Positions 21,070 through 31,253 of a stretch of DNA of 64,000 bases are shown here, piece by piece (positions within the stretch are counted from its first letter, which is position 1; each line of letters begins with the position of its first letter). The position numbers and the translations under genes were made by a program. The notes under the pieces are model-generated. The model was not told where the DNA came from. It worked only from the letters and a program-made list of their open reading frames with translations, and ran no database searches. The stretch spans positions 288,001 to 352,000 of the forward strand of contig CAVSJV010000017.1 in NCBI GenBank assembly GCA_963728405.1, read 5' to 3'. This stretch comes from Methanomassiliicoccaceae archaeon (GTDB lineage: Archaea > Thermoplasmatota > Thermoplasmata > Methanomassiliicoccales > Methanomassiliicoccaceae).

Positions 21070-23018
21070 ATGAAGGAAGAGATGAGCGCGTTCGACATCC
21101 TGGCCATGACCGGGGAGATGCAGTCCCTGGTGGGCGGGTACCTGGACAAGGTGTTCCATTGGGATGTCAAGAACGTCCTCTTGCGGATCAATACCCAGAC
21201 CCAGGGAAAGAAAGAGCTGATGCTCCAGGACATGCGGTGGCTGTACGTCAGCGCCGGAGAAGCCGGAGATGCCGGACATGCCCTCCCAGTTCGCGGTGAA
21301 CCTTCGCAAGTACCTGACCAACTGCCGCATCACGGCCGTCCACCAGCAGGAGTTCGACCGCATCGTCATCCTAGATATGGAGAAGGGGCCGAACCGATAC
21401 AAGGTCATCATCGAGCTGTTCGGAGGCGGCAACCTAGTGTTGGTGTCAGAAGGCAAGATCCTCAATTCTGTTCACTCCCACAAATGGCGGCACCGGGAGG
21501 TCCGCCCCGGGCTCGAATACTTCTTCCCGCCGTCGCGGTTCAATCCCCGGGCGATGGACGAGGAATCGTTCCGGAAGGCCATGCTCTCCTCGACCTCCGA
21601 TATCGTAAGGACGATCGCCACCGCCATCAACGTCGGCGGGCAGTATGCCGAGGAAACGTGCATTAGGGCCGGCCTGGACAAGGACCGCAAGGCCAAGAGC
21701 CTAACGCCTGAAGAGGTGCACAAGCTGTACGAGACCCTGGACCTTTTGCTCAAGGAGGCCTTGAGCAACCTGCGGCCCCGCGAGATCCTGGAGAACGGGA
21801 AGCCCGCCGATGTGACGCCAGTGCCTCTGATGCAGTACGCCGGCCGCGAGGTTCGGGAGCACCCCACCTTCTCGGACGCCATCCACAGCTACATCTCCAA
21901 CCGCGAGCCGTCGGCCGGACCGGTCGAGGACCCCGAGGCCCAGCGGCTCCGCCGCCAGATGGACCAACAAAGTACGGCGGTAGAAGTACAGCTGGCCGAA
22001 GCCAAGGGCTATGCCGAGGAAGCCGAGGCCATCTATTCGGACTACATGGGGGTGGACGCGCTGCTCAAGCAACTCAAGCAGGTGACCGAGGGCCTAAACT
22101 GGGAGCGGGCCAGGGAGGCGCTTTCCGAGATTCCTGGCCTGGTCAAGCTCCTGCCGGAAGATCACAGCGTCGTCGCCACTATCGCCGGTAAGGAGGTCAC
22201 CCTCGATTACACCCTCGGCGTCGAGGGCAACGCCAATGCCCTCTACCAGAAAGGAAAGGAGTGCAAGGACAAGATGCAGGGCGCCCAGGAGGCGCTGAAA
22301 GAGACGGAACGCCGCCTGGCCCAGAAAGTGAAGGAGGGAGAGAGCCGAAAGAAAGAGGCCAAGAAGGCCGTGCGCAAGACCAAGGAGTTCTGGTTCGAGC
22401 GATACAAGTGGTTCATCACCTCGGGGAACCGGCTGGTCCTGGCGGGGAGGGACGCTCACAGCAACGATCAGCTGGTGAAGAAGCATCTCAAGACCACCGA
22501 ACGTTTCGCCCACGCCGATGTCCATGGGGCGCCCAGCGTGGTGATCGTCAACGGGGCCGAGGCCGACGAGCAGGAGATGATCGAGACCTGCACCTTCGCC
22601 TTAGCCCACTCGAAGGCGTGGATGGCCGGCGCCTCGGAGGGCACGGCCTACTGGGTCCTGCCGGACCAGGTGAGCAAAATGGCCCAGGCTGGGGAGTTCG
22701 TGCCCCGGGGAGGGTTCGTGATCAGGGGCAAGAGGAACTACATCTACCATCTACCGCTGGAGCTGGCGGTAGGGGAGATCGTCCACGAGGGAGAGAGAAA
22801 GGTCATGTGCGGCCCGCTGCCCGCGGTGCAGGCCCATTCGTCGAAGTACAGTGATCATCCAGCCGTCCCGGGGGGAGCGGGGCAAGACCGCTTCCCACCT
22901 CTCCAAGCTGTTCGAGGTGCCGGAGGAGGAGATCTCCCGCATCCTGCCGCCGGGGGACGCCGAGGTGGTAAGCACCGAGGGCATGGATGAAGAACCGGAG
23001 AGGTTGGATGAGACCTAG
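21070..23018 (+). CDS. rqcH: Ribosome quality-control protein RqcH/Rqc2 (NFACT family), apparent frameshifts near 21255 and 22850
   Basis: MSAFDI, FAVNLRKYL, QQEFDRIV, IELFGGGNLVL, WFERYKWF, GRDAHSND, HADVHGAPS and GGFVIRGKRNY motifs. Confidence 0.92.
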
Positions 23019-23095
23019 ATAACGATCCGAGAAGGACCCGGTACAGAGTTCTGGAGAGAAAAGGGACGATCGCGGTGAGGGGGAAAGGCGAAAAG

Positions 23096-23169
23096 CGCCC
23101 GAGCCGGGATTCGAACCCGGGTCTAAAGATCCGCAATCTTTTAGGATATCCAAGCTACCCCACTCGGGC
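23096..23169 (-). tRNA. tRNA-Arg (GCG)
   Basis: GCCCGAG...CTCGGGC-G, anticodon arm AAAGA-TT-GCG-GA-TCTTT, GGTTCGAATCC. Confidence 0.95.
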
Positions 23170-23325
23170 AATGTCCTGTAATATCTCCCCCTTTAAACAT
23201 TTTGCTAGGGAACTTCGCTTCCCCATATGACCCTGGCACCGGAATGGGCCTTCTGATTATCATTCTATATAACAGAATAGGAACGTCCTTAAATCCTACC
23301 AGCGTCGAAGCCAACGGGTGGGAAA

Positions 23326-23652
23326 ATAGACAAGGATTTCCGCATCTGGGTAGAGCTTGCATCCAGGAAACGCAAGTGTCAACGTTGTAGCAGCGACATC
23401 CTCAAAGGGGTCATGTTCGTCCGCATGGGGAACAAGGAGAAGGTCAAGACCTCCACCTGCATGTGTGCCCCCTGCTTTGAAAAGGTGATGAGCGATCTTT
23501 CCGAGGAGTTCCAGGGCATGAAGGAGCTGGTCCTGCCCACTTCGAAGGAGGCGGGATCGGAGAAGCCAGTACCGATGGACCCGGGCCCCCATTGCTTCGG
23601 TTGCGGGCTGGTGCCAGAGAAATGCCGGTGCGCCTGGGAAGCGTATCGCTAG
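23326..23652 (+). CDS. Small Cys-rich zinc-finger protein (probable ATA start)
   Basis: The frame upstream of ATG 23413 is open and adds VELASRKRKCQRC; later CAPC, CFGC and CRC motifs. Confidence 0.65.
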   Translation: MDKDFRIWVELASRKRKCQRCSSDILKGVMFVRMGNKEKVKTSTCMCAPCFEKVMSDLSEEFQGMKELVLPTSKEAGSEKPVPMDPGPHCFGCGLVPEKCRCAWEAYR

Positions 23653-24513
23653 TACGAGATCGTGGTCATGTCGATCTTCCCTTTTTGCCTGGCCACTTTG
23701 TCCGCGTAACGGAAGATAGCAAGGGATAGGCCCAGGAAGACCAGCGCGGACACGGTCAGGAACAGCAGGATGGTGGGGACGGAGAACGCCCCCAGCCCGC
23801 TGATGGCCTCGATGCCCCCGCCGGGGTACAGGGACCGACGGACCAGCTCAAGCCAATAGGTGATGGGTATGGACAGACCGAGGACCTGCCCCCAGATCGG
23901 CAGAACAGTGATGGGAAAGACCGTTCCGCAGAAGAGGTAGAACGCCCCGCCGATGCCCTCGTTGATGCCGGCGCTGTGCTTCGCGGTGAGGAAAGAGACC
24001 CCCGCCAGGGCGATGCCGATGGTGAGGATGCACCCCAGGCCGATGAGCCATGGCCAGAGCGAACAGGGGCCAATCGACCTGCCCGAGGTCCAGCGGCAGG
24101 CCCAGGGCGACCATCCCGAAGGCGATGGAGATGACCACCGATAAGCTGGTCAACACCAGCTTGCTCATGGCCCTCCCGATGATGTACACGTAGAACGACA
24201 TGGGGGCGATGTAGACCTGCTTGAGGGTCTGATAATGCTCCCGGTCCTCGTGGATGACGTAGGTGACGCCGAACAGCACCTGGGCCACGAACATGTAGAA
24301 CGCCGCCCCCAGATAGACGAACGAGAAGAGCGCGGGGTCGCTGGCCACGTCCTGCTTGACGATGACGAACATGAGGACCAGGATCAGGGTGGCAGCTATC
24401 GGTCGGGCGATCGAATAAATGAGAAAGAGCCACGGCCGGGTCCAATTCGATTCCATCTGCCAGCCCAGCCAAGCCGCGTTGCGGAAGGTGCGGAGATGAT
24501 CGCTCATTGCCAT
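23649..24513 (-). CDS. ABC-2 type transporter permease (apparent frameshift near 24050)
   Basis: Six TM segments, EDREHYQTLKQVYIAP, FCGTVFPITVLP; downstream of ABC ATPase and permease. Confidence 0.85.
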
Positions 24514-25316
24514 CGGAGGGTCAGCCTCCCTTCCCGGCGGCCGAGGTTCTCCATGTAGCGCAGGGAGTACCTGGCCAGCATCAGGAACATGACCGCCAGG
24601 ACGCAGAGGATCGCCAGTTCGGTGGCGACCGGCAGGAAGCCGTTGGAGATCGGGCCGAACAGTTCCTGGCGCATGGCGTCAAGGCCTAGAGTGATAGGTA
24701 TGATCGAGGCAACGGCACTGATCCAGATTCCCAGCGACCTCACCGGGAAGTAGAACCCCGAGACCAGGTAGATGGGTTCCTGCATCAGGTTCGAGACGTT
24801 CCAGGCATCGCGGCCGTACAGCATGAACAGGGAAGCGAACATCATCCCCATCCCGTAGATGGCCACCAAGGTCACCAGGAACACCGCCACCAGCAGGAAG
24901 GGATCGACCACCATCATATGGACATTGAAGATCAGGATCCCCAGCAGCAATGTGGACAGAGCCCTGAGACCGGCGGAGAGCATACCTCCCAGGGCCATCC
25001 CGGCCAGCAGGGCCATGCGTGACATGGGGGAGATCATGAACAGCTGCAGGTTGCCGGTCTCCTTCTCCCAATAGAACTGCGAGGCCATGCCCCACAGCAC
25101 GTTGAGCCAGAAGGCGGTCATGGCACCCCCCAGCACGACGAAACCCTCGAACGATGGGTCCGCTCCCAGCGAACGATAGTAGTAGATGTAGGCAGCGATG
25201 CCCATGAGCGGCAGGAAGATCTCGAAGAACGCCCAGGACGGTTCCCTGGCCGCCCCAATGACCCGAGGGTAGGCCCGGCCGACGGTAGCCCGGAGGTTCA
25301 GCTTCCAGTCGGTTAT
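24504..25316 (-). CDS. ABC-2 type transporter permease (probable ATA start overlapping the ATPase stop)
   Basis: WEKETGNLQLFMISP, SGFYFPV, PITLGLDAMR; the frame is open 37 codons upstream of the first ATG and includes the first TM. Confidence 0.85.
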   Translation of the reverse strand: MTDWKLNLRATVGRAYPRVIGAAREPSWAFFEIFLPLMGIAAYIYYYRSLGADPSFEGFVVLGGAMTAFWLNVLWGMASQFYWEKETGNLQLFMISPMSRMALLAGMALGGMLSAGLRALSTLLLGILIFNVHMMVVDPFLLVAVFLVTLVAIYGMGMMFASLFMLYGRDAWNVSNLMQEPIYLVSGFYFPVRSLGIWISAVASIIPITLGLDAMRQELFGPISNGFLPVATELAILCVLAVMFLMLARYSLRYMENLGRREGRLTLRWQ

Positions 25317-26269
25317 CCCAATCCTCTCCCCACCATCTTGATGAACACGTCCTCCAGGGTGACCTCGCTCTTGCTGAGGTAAAGGACCTTGGCCCCCTGG
25401 CCGACCACGGTGGATATCACATCGGAGATGGCGGACTCGTCCTCCATGACCAGGCGGACCTTCTGCCCGCCGTTCCAGTCCTCCGCGCTCATGCCCTGCA
25501 CCCCTCGGATCGACGAGAGGATGGAGGCGTCGAAGGGGGTGGTGTCCAGCAGGAAGGTCGAGGAATGGTTCATCTGCCGCTTGAGGTTGTAGGGGGAGTC
25601 ACAGGCCAGGATGGTCCCTCGATCGATGATGGCCACACGATCGCACAGCTCCTCAGCCTCCTTCATGTAATGGGTCGTCAGCAGCAGCGTGCGGCCCTCC
25701 TTGGCCCGGACCCAGGCCCGGATATAGTCCCGAATGACCCGGCTCGTATTGACGTCGAGCCCAAGCGTTGGCTCGTCTAGGAAGATGAGCTGGGGGTCGG
25801 TGACGAAGCCCCTGATGATGTTCATCCGCTGCCGCTGCCCGGTCGAGATGGTCCGCACCTTGGCATCGGCCTTGTCCTCGAGGCCGAACACCTTCAGCAT
25901 CCCGTCGATGCGCTCCTTGGCCACGTCGCCCGGAACGCCGTAGAACTGAGAGAACATCCAGAGGTTCTCCCGGACGGTCAGCAGCCCGTAACCGGACACT
26001 TCCCCTCCGGAAACCATGTTGATGCGCGGCCGGATCTTGTGCGCTTCCCTGGCCACGTCATGACCGAGCACCTTGGCCGAGCCGGAGCTGGGCAGAAGCA
26101 AGGTACAAAGGATCTTGATGAGGGTGGTCTTACCGGCGCCGTTCGGACCGAGCAGCCCGAAGAGCTCGCCCTCCTTGACCCTAAGGTCCAGATGCTCGAG
26201 GGCGACCGTGCTGCTCTTCTTCCCCGAGAAGACCCGGGAGAGGGACTCCACCTCCAAGGCGTAGGCCAT
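25313..26269 (-). CDS. ABC transporter ATP-binding protein (DrrA-like)
   Basis: GPNGAGKTT, ISTGQRQR, FLDEPTLGLD, LTTHYM and LEDVF motifs. Confidence 0.95.
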   Translation of the reverse strand: MAYALEVESLSRVFSGKKSSTVALEHLDLRVKEGELFGLLGPNGAGKTTLIKILCTLLLPSSGSAKVLGHDVAREAHKIRPRINMVSGGEVSGYGLLTVRENLWMFSQFYGVPGDVAKERIDGMLKVFGLEDKADAKVRTISTGQRQRMNIIRGFVTDPQLIFLDEPTLGLDVNTSRVIRDYIRAWVRAKEGRTLLLTTHYMKEAEELCDRVAIIDRGTILACDSPYNLKRQMNHSSTFLLDTTPFDASILSSIRGVQGMSAEDWNGGQKVRLVMEDESAISDVISTVVGQGAKVLYLSKSEVTLEDVFIKMVGRGLG

Positions 26270-26314
26270 ATGGCCGGCCAGAAGCTTGTTGCTAGAAAAA
26301 GGTATCGCGCCGTT

Positions 26315-26506
26315 CTACTGGTCCATGTTTTGCCAGTAGGTCGTGACGTATCCAGCGATGCGGTTTCGCATCATTCTGCTCTCAACGGTCGTCAACTTGG
26401 ATACCAGCACCTTGTTGTTCTCGAAGTCAGCGTTAAAGACTGTGGGATACTTCTGGCAGAGATCGATGGCGATCCTCTTGATGTAATTGGGGCGTATGTT
26501 TCCCAT
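26315..26506 (-). CDS. rps17e: 30S ribosomal protein S17e
   Basis: [11 protein letters not shown]...DFENNK...RNRIAGYVT. Confidence 0.95.
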   Translation of the reverse strand: MGNIRPNYIKRIAIDLCQKYPTVFNADFENNKVLVSKLTTVESRMMRNRIAGYVTTYWQNMDQ

Positions 26507-26614
26507 GAATGTCACCTTAAGTATCTCGGGTTAAGCTGAAACTATATATAATCCTTTTTCCCGCGAACGGAACGCGATGTTACCCACAAAGCCAGCAGGT
26601 TCATTTTATCTCCT

Positions 26615-27505
26615 ATGGGCCCAAAGCTCCAACCTATGACCTGGACCAGGGAGCTGTTGCAGGAGCTGCGCCGCCCTCTACTGGCCATTGGCTGTGTGTT
26701 CTTCGCCTTCCTCCTGGCGGTGATGATACTATCCGCGGCCGTTGGCATATGGCCGCCCTTCATGGCAGTGGAATCGAAGAGCATGCAGCATAGTGGGGAC
26801 ACCAGCCAGGTAGGGGTCATCGATACCGGGGACGTGGTGGTGGCCCGCCATACTTCCGGACCGGACGATATCAGGACCTATGTCGGTTCGATCGTCGATG
26901 GCCATCGAAGCTATGGGGAGTATGGCGATGTCGTCATTTACAAGATGTCGAACGAGCAGACCCCCATCGTACACCGGGCCATATGCAATTTGATCTACAA
27001 TGGCAGCGGCGGCTTTGACATTCCCGAGCTATCCAACGTACCGACCCAACTCTGGGACGCTCCAGGAGCGGAGGGGAGGTGGTGGGGATTGGGCCAGAGC
27101 GTAGACCTGTTCCAGGTCGGGTATTCGAAGGTCACGGTGCACATCGACCTGACCTATCTGCTGGCCAGCATGGGGCCGTCCCCCCACGGTGGACTGATCA
27201 CGATGGGCGACAACAATTGGTTCGACCGGGGCGGGGAGAGGTTCGGATTGATCGACCAAGGCAGCTTGATGGATGGCCCGCTGCCCTGGGAATGGATCAT
27301 CGGCAAGGTCACCGGTGAGATACCATGGATGGGCTCGCTGAAGTTGTGGATGACCGGCACCGCCCCGGACTACCTTCCCCGGAACAGTGTTGTGAATCTG
27401 AGCGTGGTCATCGGCGCTACCATCGCTCTCCCGATGGCCTTTTGGACGCTGACCGCCTGGTCCGAGGGAGGTTCGGAGAAGAGGAAGCAAAAAAGGGATC
27501 GCTGA
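26615..27505 (+). CDS. Signal peptidase I (S26, Sec11-type)
   Basis: TM followed by VESKSMQH, IDTGD, PIVHRA, ITMGDNN, GEIPWMG. Confidence 0.88.
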   Translation: MGPKLQPMTWTRELLQELRRPLLAIGCVFFAFLLAVMILSAAVGIWPPFMAVESKSMQHSGDTSQVGVIDTGDVVVARHTSGPDDIRTYVGSIVDGHRSYGEYGDVVIYKMSNEQTPIVHRAICNLIYNGSGGFDIPELSNVPTQLWDAPGAEGRWWGLGQSVDLFQVGYSKVTVHIDLTYLLASMGPSPHGGLITMGDNNWFDRGGERFGLIDQGSLMDGPLPWEWIIGKVTGEIPWMGSLKLWMTGTAPDYLPRNSVVNLSVVIGATIALPMAFWTLTAWSEGGSEKRKQKRDR

Positions 27506-27536
27506 TGGGCGGCGCGGATCTCTCCAGGCGTCCGCC

Positions 27537-29135
27537 TCAGGGCCGCCGGAGCTCGTTCCGAGGCTTTCCGCAGGACATCTTGCCCTCGGGACATCGACCG
27601 CGGGAGATGCAGGGCGGTCCGGCGTTCTTGAAAATGAACGGCGATGCCTCCTGGGCCTGGCGCAACATCTCGTCGGCCATCTCGCGAATCTCATGTTGAG
27701 CGCGGCGGCAGGTCCGGAGCTCGAAGAAGTGCCACAGCTCGCGGGCGTTCATCGTGACCGTGATATTGGTCGCACAGGCGTTGGGGAGGATGTAACGGGC
27801 GTCCTCGACGGGGACCTTCTTGGCCAAGGCCTCGTACTCAGCCCAGATGTGTTCCATCAGTGCCCGGTACCGCTTCTCCAGCTCCGGGTCGGCGGCGATG
27901 GTCGGCGGCACCACGTACTCGGCCTCCTCTAGCTTCACATAACGCTGCGACTGCTGAGAATTGTGAACCACGAATCCATTTGCGATGAAATTGTGATGCG
28001 GCCCTTTCATTTCAATATCGTACGTTTCCTCCTGGCCAACATATTCTATCGAACGTATAGTGGATAACCTCACGCATTTGATGACAAAACCCTTATGGAC
28101 AATCTTATGACATTTTATACAAAGCTCGATTAGATTTGATTCGTCGTGATTCCGTGGGTTATGATCGATATGGTGAATCTGTGTTTCGACTCCATCTGAT
28201 CCGCATAAACTACATGATTGTCTTTTTTCGAAGATCCTATGAGCTCGTTGATACGCACCACCGATGGAAACAGCATCACCTTTGAACATAGGGTTATCGG
28301 AGCCGTACCTTTTTGTCGAATGATATATCCCTTTCATTTTCCTTGAGACCCTAGATAGGGGCTCATAATCCACTTTGGTTCTTCCGAAGTTCGGAGGGCT
28401 CTTCCCAACACACCAGCTTCCCATCGGTTTCTGGATGCCGTGTTTTTTTACCCATGCACAAATAGTGTGTTTGGAAACGCCACATATGTAAGCAATTTTC
28501 TCTTGAGAGAGACTTTTATTGATGTACGCATCTGAGAGCCATTCCCGATCCTTATAGGGTTCGATGCCATTGGTATAAACTTTGTCTCCTACGCTCAACG
28601 AGCTTAGTTGTTCAAAGCCATTATTGGTTAGGAAACGATGTTCCATCGTCGATTTAATCTCGTAACCGTCATTTGTTATTACTCGAAATACATCTTTCAG
28701 ACCTGAATATATTACCTGATTAATGTTTTCTGATTGTATCATCTTCGATGCGTAGTCTATGCACCTAATCTTTACCATTTTCTGATATTGCTCATGCATA
28801 TCGTACAAGGACTTGATGGTCCTCTTTTTTACAGATCTGGAGGGGTTATCAGAAACGACTATAGTATCTCCTGTAACGCAATAAGATGCCACTCTATGTC
28901 TTACTAGTTGATGAGTCAGCACTCTCGACACGCCCTCGATCGAGAAGGTGTAGGACGCATGCTCGATGACCGAGTGATGCCCGCTAGCTAATGGATTACC
29001 TAACCATCTGGCACCCTTAGTCTCATCCCATTCTTCCATCAGCTCGCTAGCTGGCTTATCGGAATAGCATGAATGGGCCGCGGATGCACACAATCGTTCA
29101 GCATCCTTGGTGTAAGAAAGGAGAGTAACGCGCAC
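27537..29135 (-). CDS. thyX: FAD-dependent thymidylate synthase ThyX, intein-containing
   Basis: GHHSVIEH, SRVLTHQLVRHRVASY|intein|SQQSQRYV, EDARYILPNA, TMNAREL, RAQHEIR. Confidence 0.95.
   Translation of the reverse strand: MRVTLLSYTKDAERLCASAAHSCYSDKPASELMEEWDETKGARWLGNPLASGHHSVIEHASYTFSIEGVSRVLTHQLVRHRVASYCVTGDTIVVSDNPSRSVKKRTIKSLYDMHEQYQKMVKIRCIDYASKMIQSENINQVIYSGLKDVFRVITNDGYEIKSTMEHRFLTNNGFEQLSSLSVGDKVYTNGIEPYKDREWLSDAYINKSLSQEKIAYICGVSKHTICAWVKKHGIQKPMGSWCVGKSPPNFGRTKVDYEPLSRVSRKMKGIYHSTKRYGSDNPMFKGDAVSIGGAYQRAHRIFEKRQSCSLCGSDGVETQIHHIDHNPRNHDESNLIELCIKCHKIVHKGFVIKCVRLSTIRSIEYVGQEETYDIEMKGPHHNFIANGFVVHNSQQSQRYVKLEEAEYVVPPTIAADPELEKRYRALMEHIWAEYEALAKKVPVEDARYILPNACATNITVTMNARELWHFFELRTCRRAQHEIREMADEMLRQAQEASPFIFKNAGPPCISRGRCPEGKMSCGKPRNELRRP
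27960..28880 (-). mobile_element. Intein (307 aa) with HTH and HNH homing endonuclease
   Basis: Starts CVTGDT, block B STMEHRFLT, ends TYDIEM..HHNFIANGFVVHN followed by Ser+1. Internal CSLC...IHHIDHNPRNHDESNLIELCIKCH. Visibly AT-richer than the flanks. Confidence 0.95.
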
Positions 29136-29170
29136 GAGGACCAGTATGCCCCAGATAGCTAAAGATTATG

Positions 29171-29899
29171 CTATTGCATGGAGCGCTCAAAATGGAACCG
29201 GGCCTGGGCATTGCTGGGCAGCTGCCGAGCGGCCGAAGGCCCTCCCTGGCTCCGGATGTCCTTCAGGCGGTAGACCTTGACATCGTCGCGGTCCAGCAGC
29301 TGCAAGATGCCGTCCACATGCCCGTCCCCGATGACCACCAGCACGACCGGGAACCGAGAAGCTGCGATATCGATGCGCTTGGCCATCAGCTCGTTCCTCT
29401 CGTCCAGGAGGATGCGCTTCAGGGTGGGGAACTGCTCGCCCATTTGATCGAGATAGACACCTTCGTTCTCCTGGAAGTTGTCCAGCTCCTTCTCTATACG
29501 CTTCTTGCTGATGAACAGGGAGGTGACTGCCGATAAGGTGAGCTTAAGCTTCTCCATGGCCGGCATCTCGCTGTAGAGCCGCCGGAACATGAGGTTGGCG
29601 TCCGCGTCGATGAGCAGCACCTCCGCCCCTAGCCCCTGGGCGGCCTTCGTGGCGGCAAGCATCTCGCTACCGACCTCTCCGCCGTACTGGTGGGCGAGCC
29701 GCTTCTGCATTTTGGCCAGTAAGCGGTAGGTGAGCCTCGCGTTGGTGGGCCCCCCGGGATTGAGGAGCGCTTGATATCGAGCCTGGTCAAGCTCGACCCC
29801 CACCGCGTCGGGATGCTCCTGTTCGATGATCCGCCCGACCTGGTCGGCGATATCGAATACATGCCCGACGCCCAATATTATTATCATCACCAAATTCAT
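29171..29899 (-). CDS. TraB/GumN-domain protein
   Basis: LGVGHV, PDAVGVELDQAR, GSEMLAA, LLDERNELMA and VIGDGHVDGI motifs. Confidence 0.88.
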   Translation of the reverse strand: MNLVMIIILGVGHVFDIADQVGRIIEQEHPDAVGVELDQARYQALLNPGGPTNARLTYRLLAKMQKRLAHQYGGEVGSEMLAATKAAQGLGAEVLLIDADANLMFRRLYSEMPAMEKLKLTLSAVTSLFISKKRIEKELDNFQENEGVYLDQMGEQFPTLKRILLDERNELMAKRIDIAASRFPVVLVVIGDGHVDGILQLLDRDDVKVYRLKDIRSQGGPSAARQLPSNAQARFHFERSMQ

Positions 29900-29939
29900 G
29901 ACAAAAGGTCATTAATAAGCTTTTGATTCTGTTTCCATA

Positions 29940-30606
29940 ATGGATTCTAGCTATGGGCTGGTGGCTTTTGACATGGACGGGGTGCTGGTCGATTACACCA
30001 GTTCCTGGACCTGGGTGCATGAGCATTTCAAGGTCAACAACGAGGCCTCCCTGGTCGCCTATATCGAAGGAAGGATCGATGACCGAGAGTTCATGCGCCG
30101 GGACATCGAGCTGTGGCTGCGGACGAAGAACGACCTGTGCGTCCATGACGTGGAGAAGATACTGCGTCCGGTGCCGATCATCGCCGGCATCAAGGAGACG
30201 GTCAGCGAGCTCCACCGCAAGGGCATGAGGTGCGTCATCGTCAGCGGAGGCCTGGACATGACCGCCCGGAGGATCGCCGAGGAGAACGGTTTCGACGATC
30301 ACATAGCCAACAGTCTGGAGTGCGATGCCCGGGGCCGCTTGACCGGCGAGGGCGTGCTGAGGGTCGAGCTCACCAACAAACGCAAGGCCCTGCGGCAGTT
30401 CCAGGAGCAGTATGGTGTTACTGAAGAGAGGACCGTGGCCATAGGCAACAGCTTCGTGGACGTCTCGATGTTCTCCGGCTCCGGCCTGTCGATCGCCTTC
30501 AACCCCATCGACGACTTCGTGGAGAAGAATGCCGATGTGGTCCTCCGCTCAAGGGACCTTAGGGAACGTGCTCCCTCCGATAATGAGGAACGATCATTCC
30601 CGGTAA
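29940..30606 (+). CDS. HAD-IB phosphatase (SerB-like); apparent frameshift near 30563 artificially extends the ORF
   Basis: FDMDGVL, VSGG, K..AL, AIGNSFVDVSM, IAFNP motifs. Confidence 0.85.
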
Positions 30607-31253
30607 CCATGCTCTCCGATAAGGGGCACGAACACCACCGAGCCCAGGGGGGACTGCTTGAAATCGCCACCCTCTCGGACGATGACCATCAGCTCCTGAA
30701 AGGCCCTACCGCCCACCGGGATGAGGAGCATACCGCCGTCGACCAATTGCTCCTTGAGCGGTTCGGGGACGTAGGGCGCCGCGGCGGTGACAAGGATGCG
30801 ATCGTAGGGGGCATGCTCCGGCAGCCCATTGGTTCCGTCGGAGATGATCACCTCGACCACATCCCCGTACCCCAGGCGTTCCAGGACCAGCTGCGCTCTC
30901 CGCCCGAGCTCCTCGATCCTCTCAATCGTGTAGACCTTACCCCCCGGGCGGACCAAATCCCCCAGCAGGCTGGCGTGGTAACCCGAACCGGTGCCTATCT
31001 CCAGCACCCTCATTCCCGGCTGAAGGTCCAGGGCTTCCAGCATCATGCCCACCATGTGCGGCGCGGAGATCGTTTGCCCCTGGCCTATCGGCAGCGGGGT
31101 GTCCTGGTAGGCGGCGTCCCAGGCCTCCGCGGGTAGGAACTCGTGGCGCGGCACGCGCTCCATCGCCTCCAGCACCCGGGAGCTGCTCACGTAACCATAG
31201 CGCTTCAGGCGTTGGACCAGCTCGTGCCGTTCCTCCTCATACATGCCGCTCAA
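30594..31253 (-). CDS. pcm: Protein-L-isoaspartate O-methyltransferase
   Basis: VPRHEF, GQTISAPHMV, LEIGTGSGY, APYDRI, VVFVPLIG motifs. Confidence 0.95.
   Translation of the reverse strand: MSGMYEEERHELVQRLKRYGYVSSSRVLEAMERVPRHEFLPAEAWDAAYQDTPLPIGQGQTISAPHMVGMMLEALDLQPGMRVLEIGTGSGYHASLLGDLVRPGGKVYTIERIEELGRRAQLVLERLGYGDVVEVIISDGTNGLPEHAPYDRILVTAAAPYVPEPLKEQLVDGGMLLIPVGGRAFQELMVIVREGGDFKQSPLGSVVFVPLIGEHGYRE

Noticed and set aside
29940-31136. 398-aa HAD protein overlapping pcm in antisense
   Set aside because: An extra G near 30563 causes the extension; the repaired protein stops at 30606.
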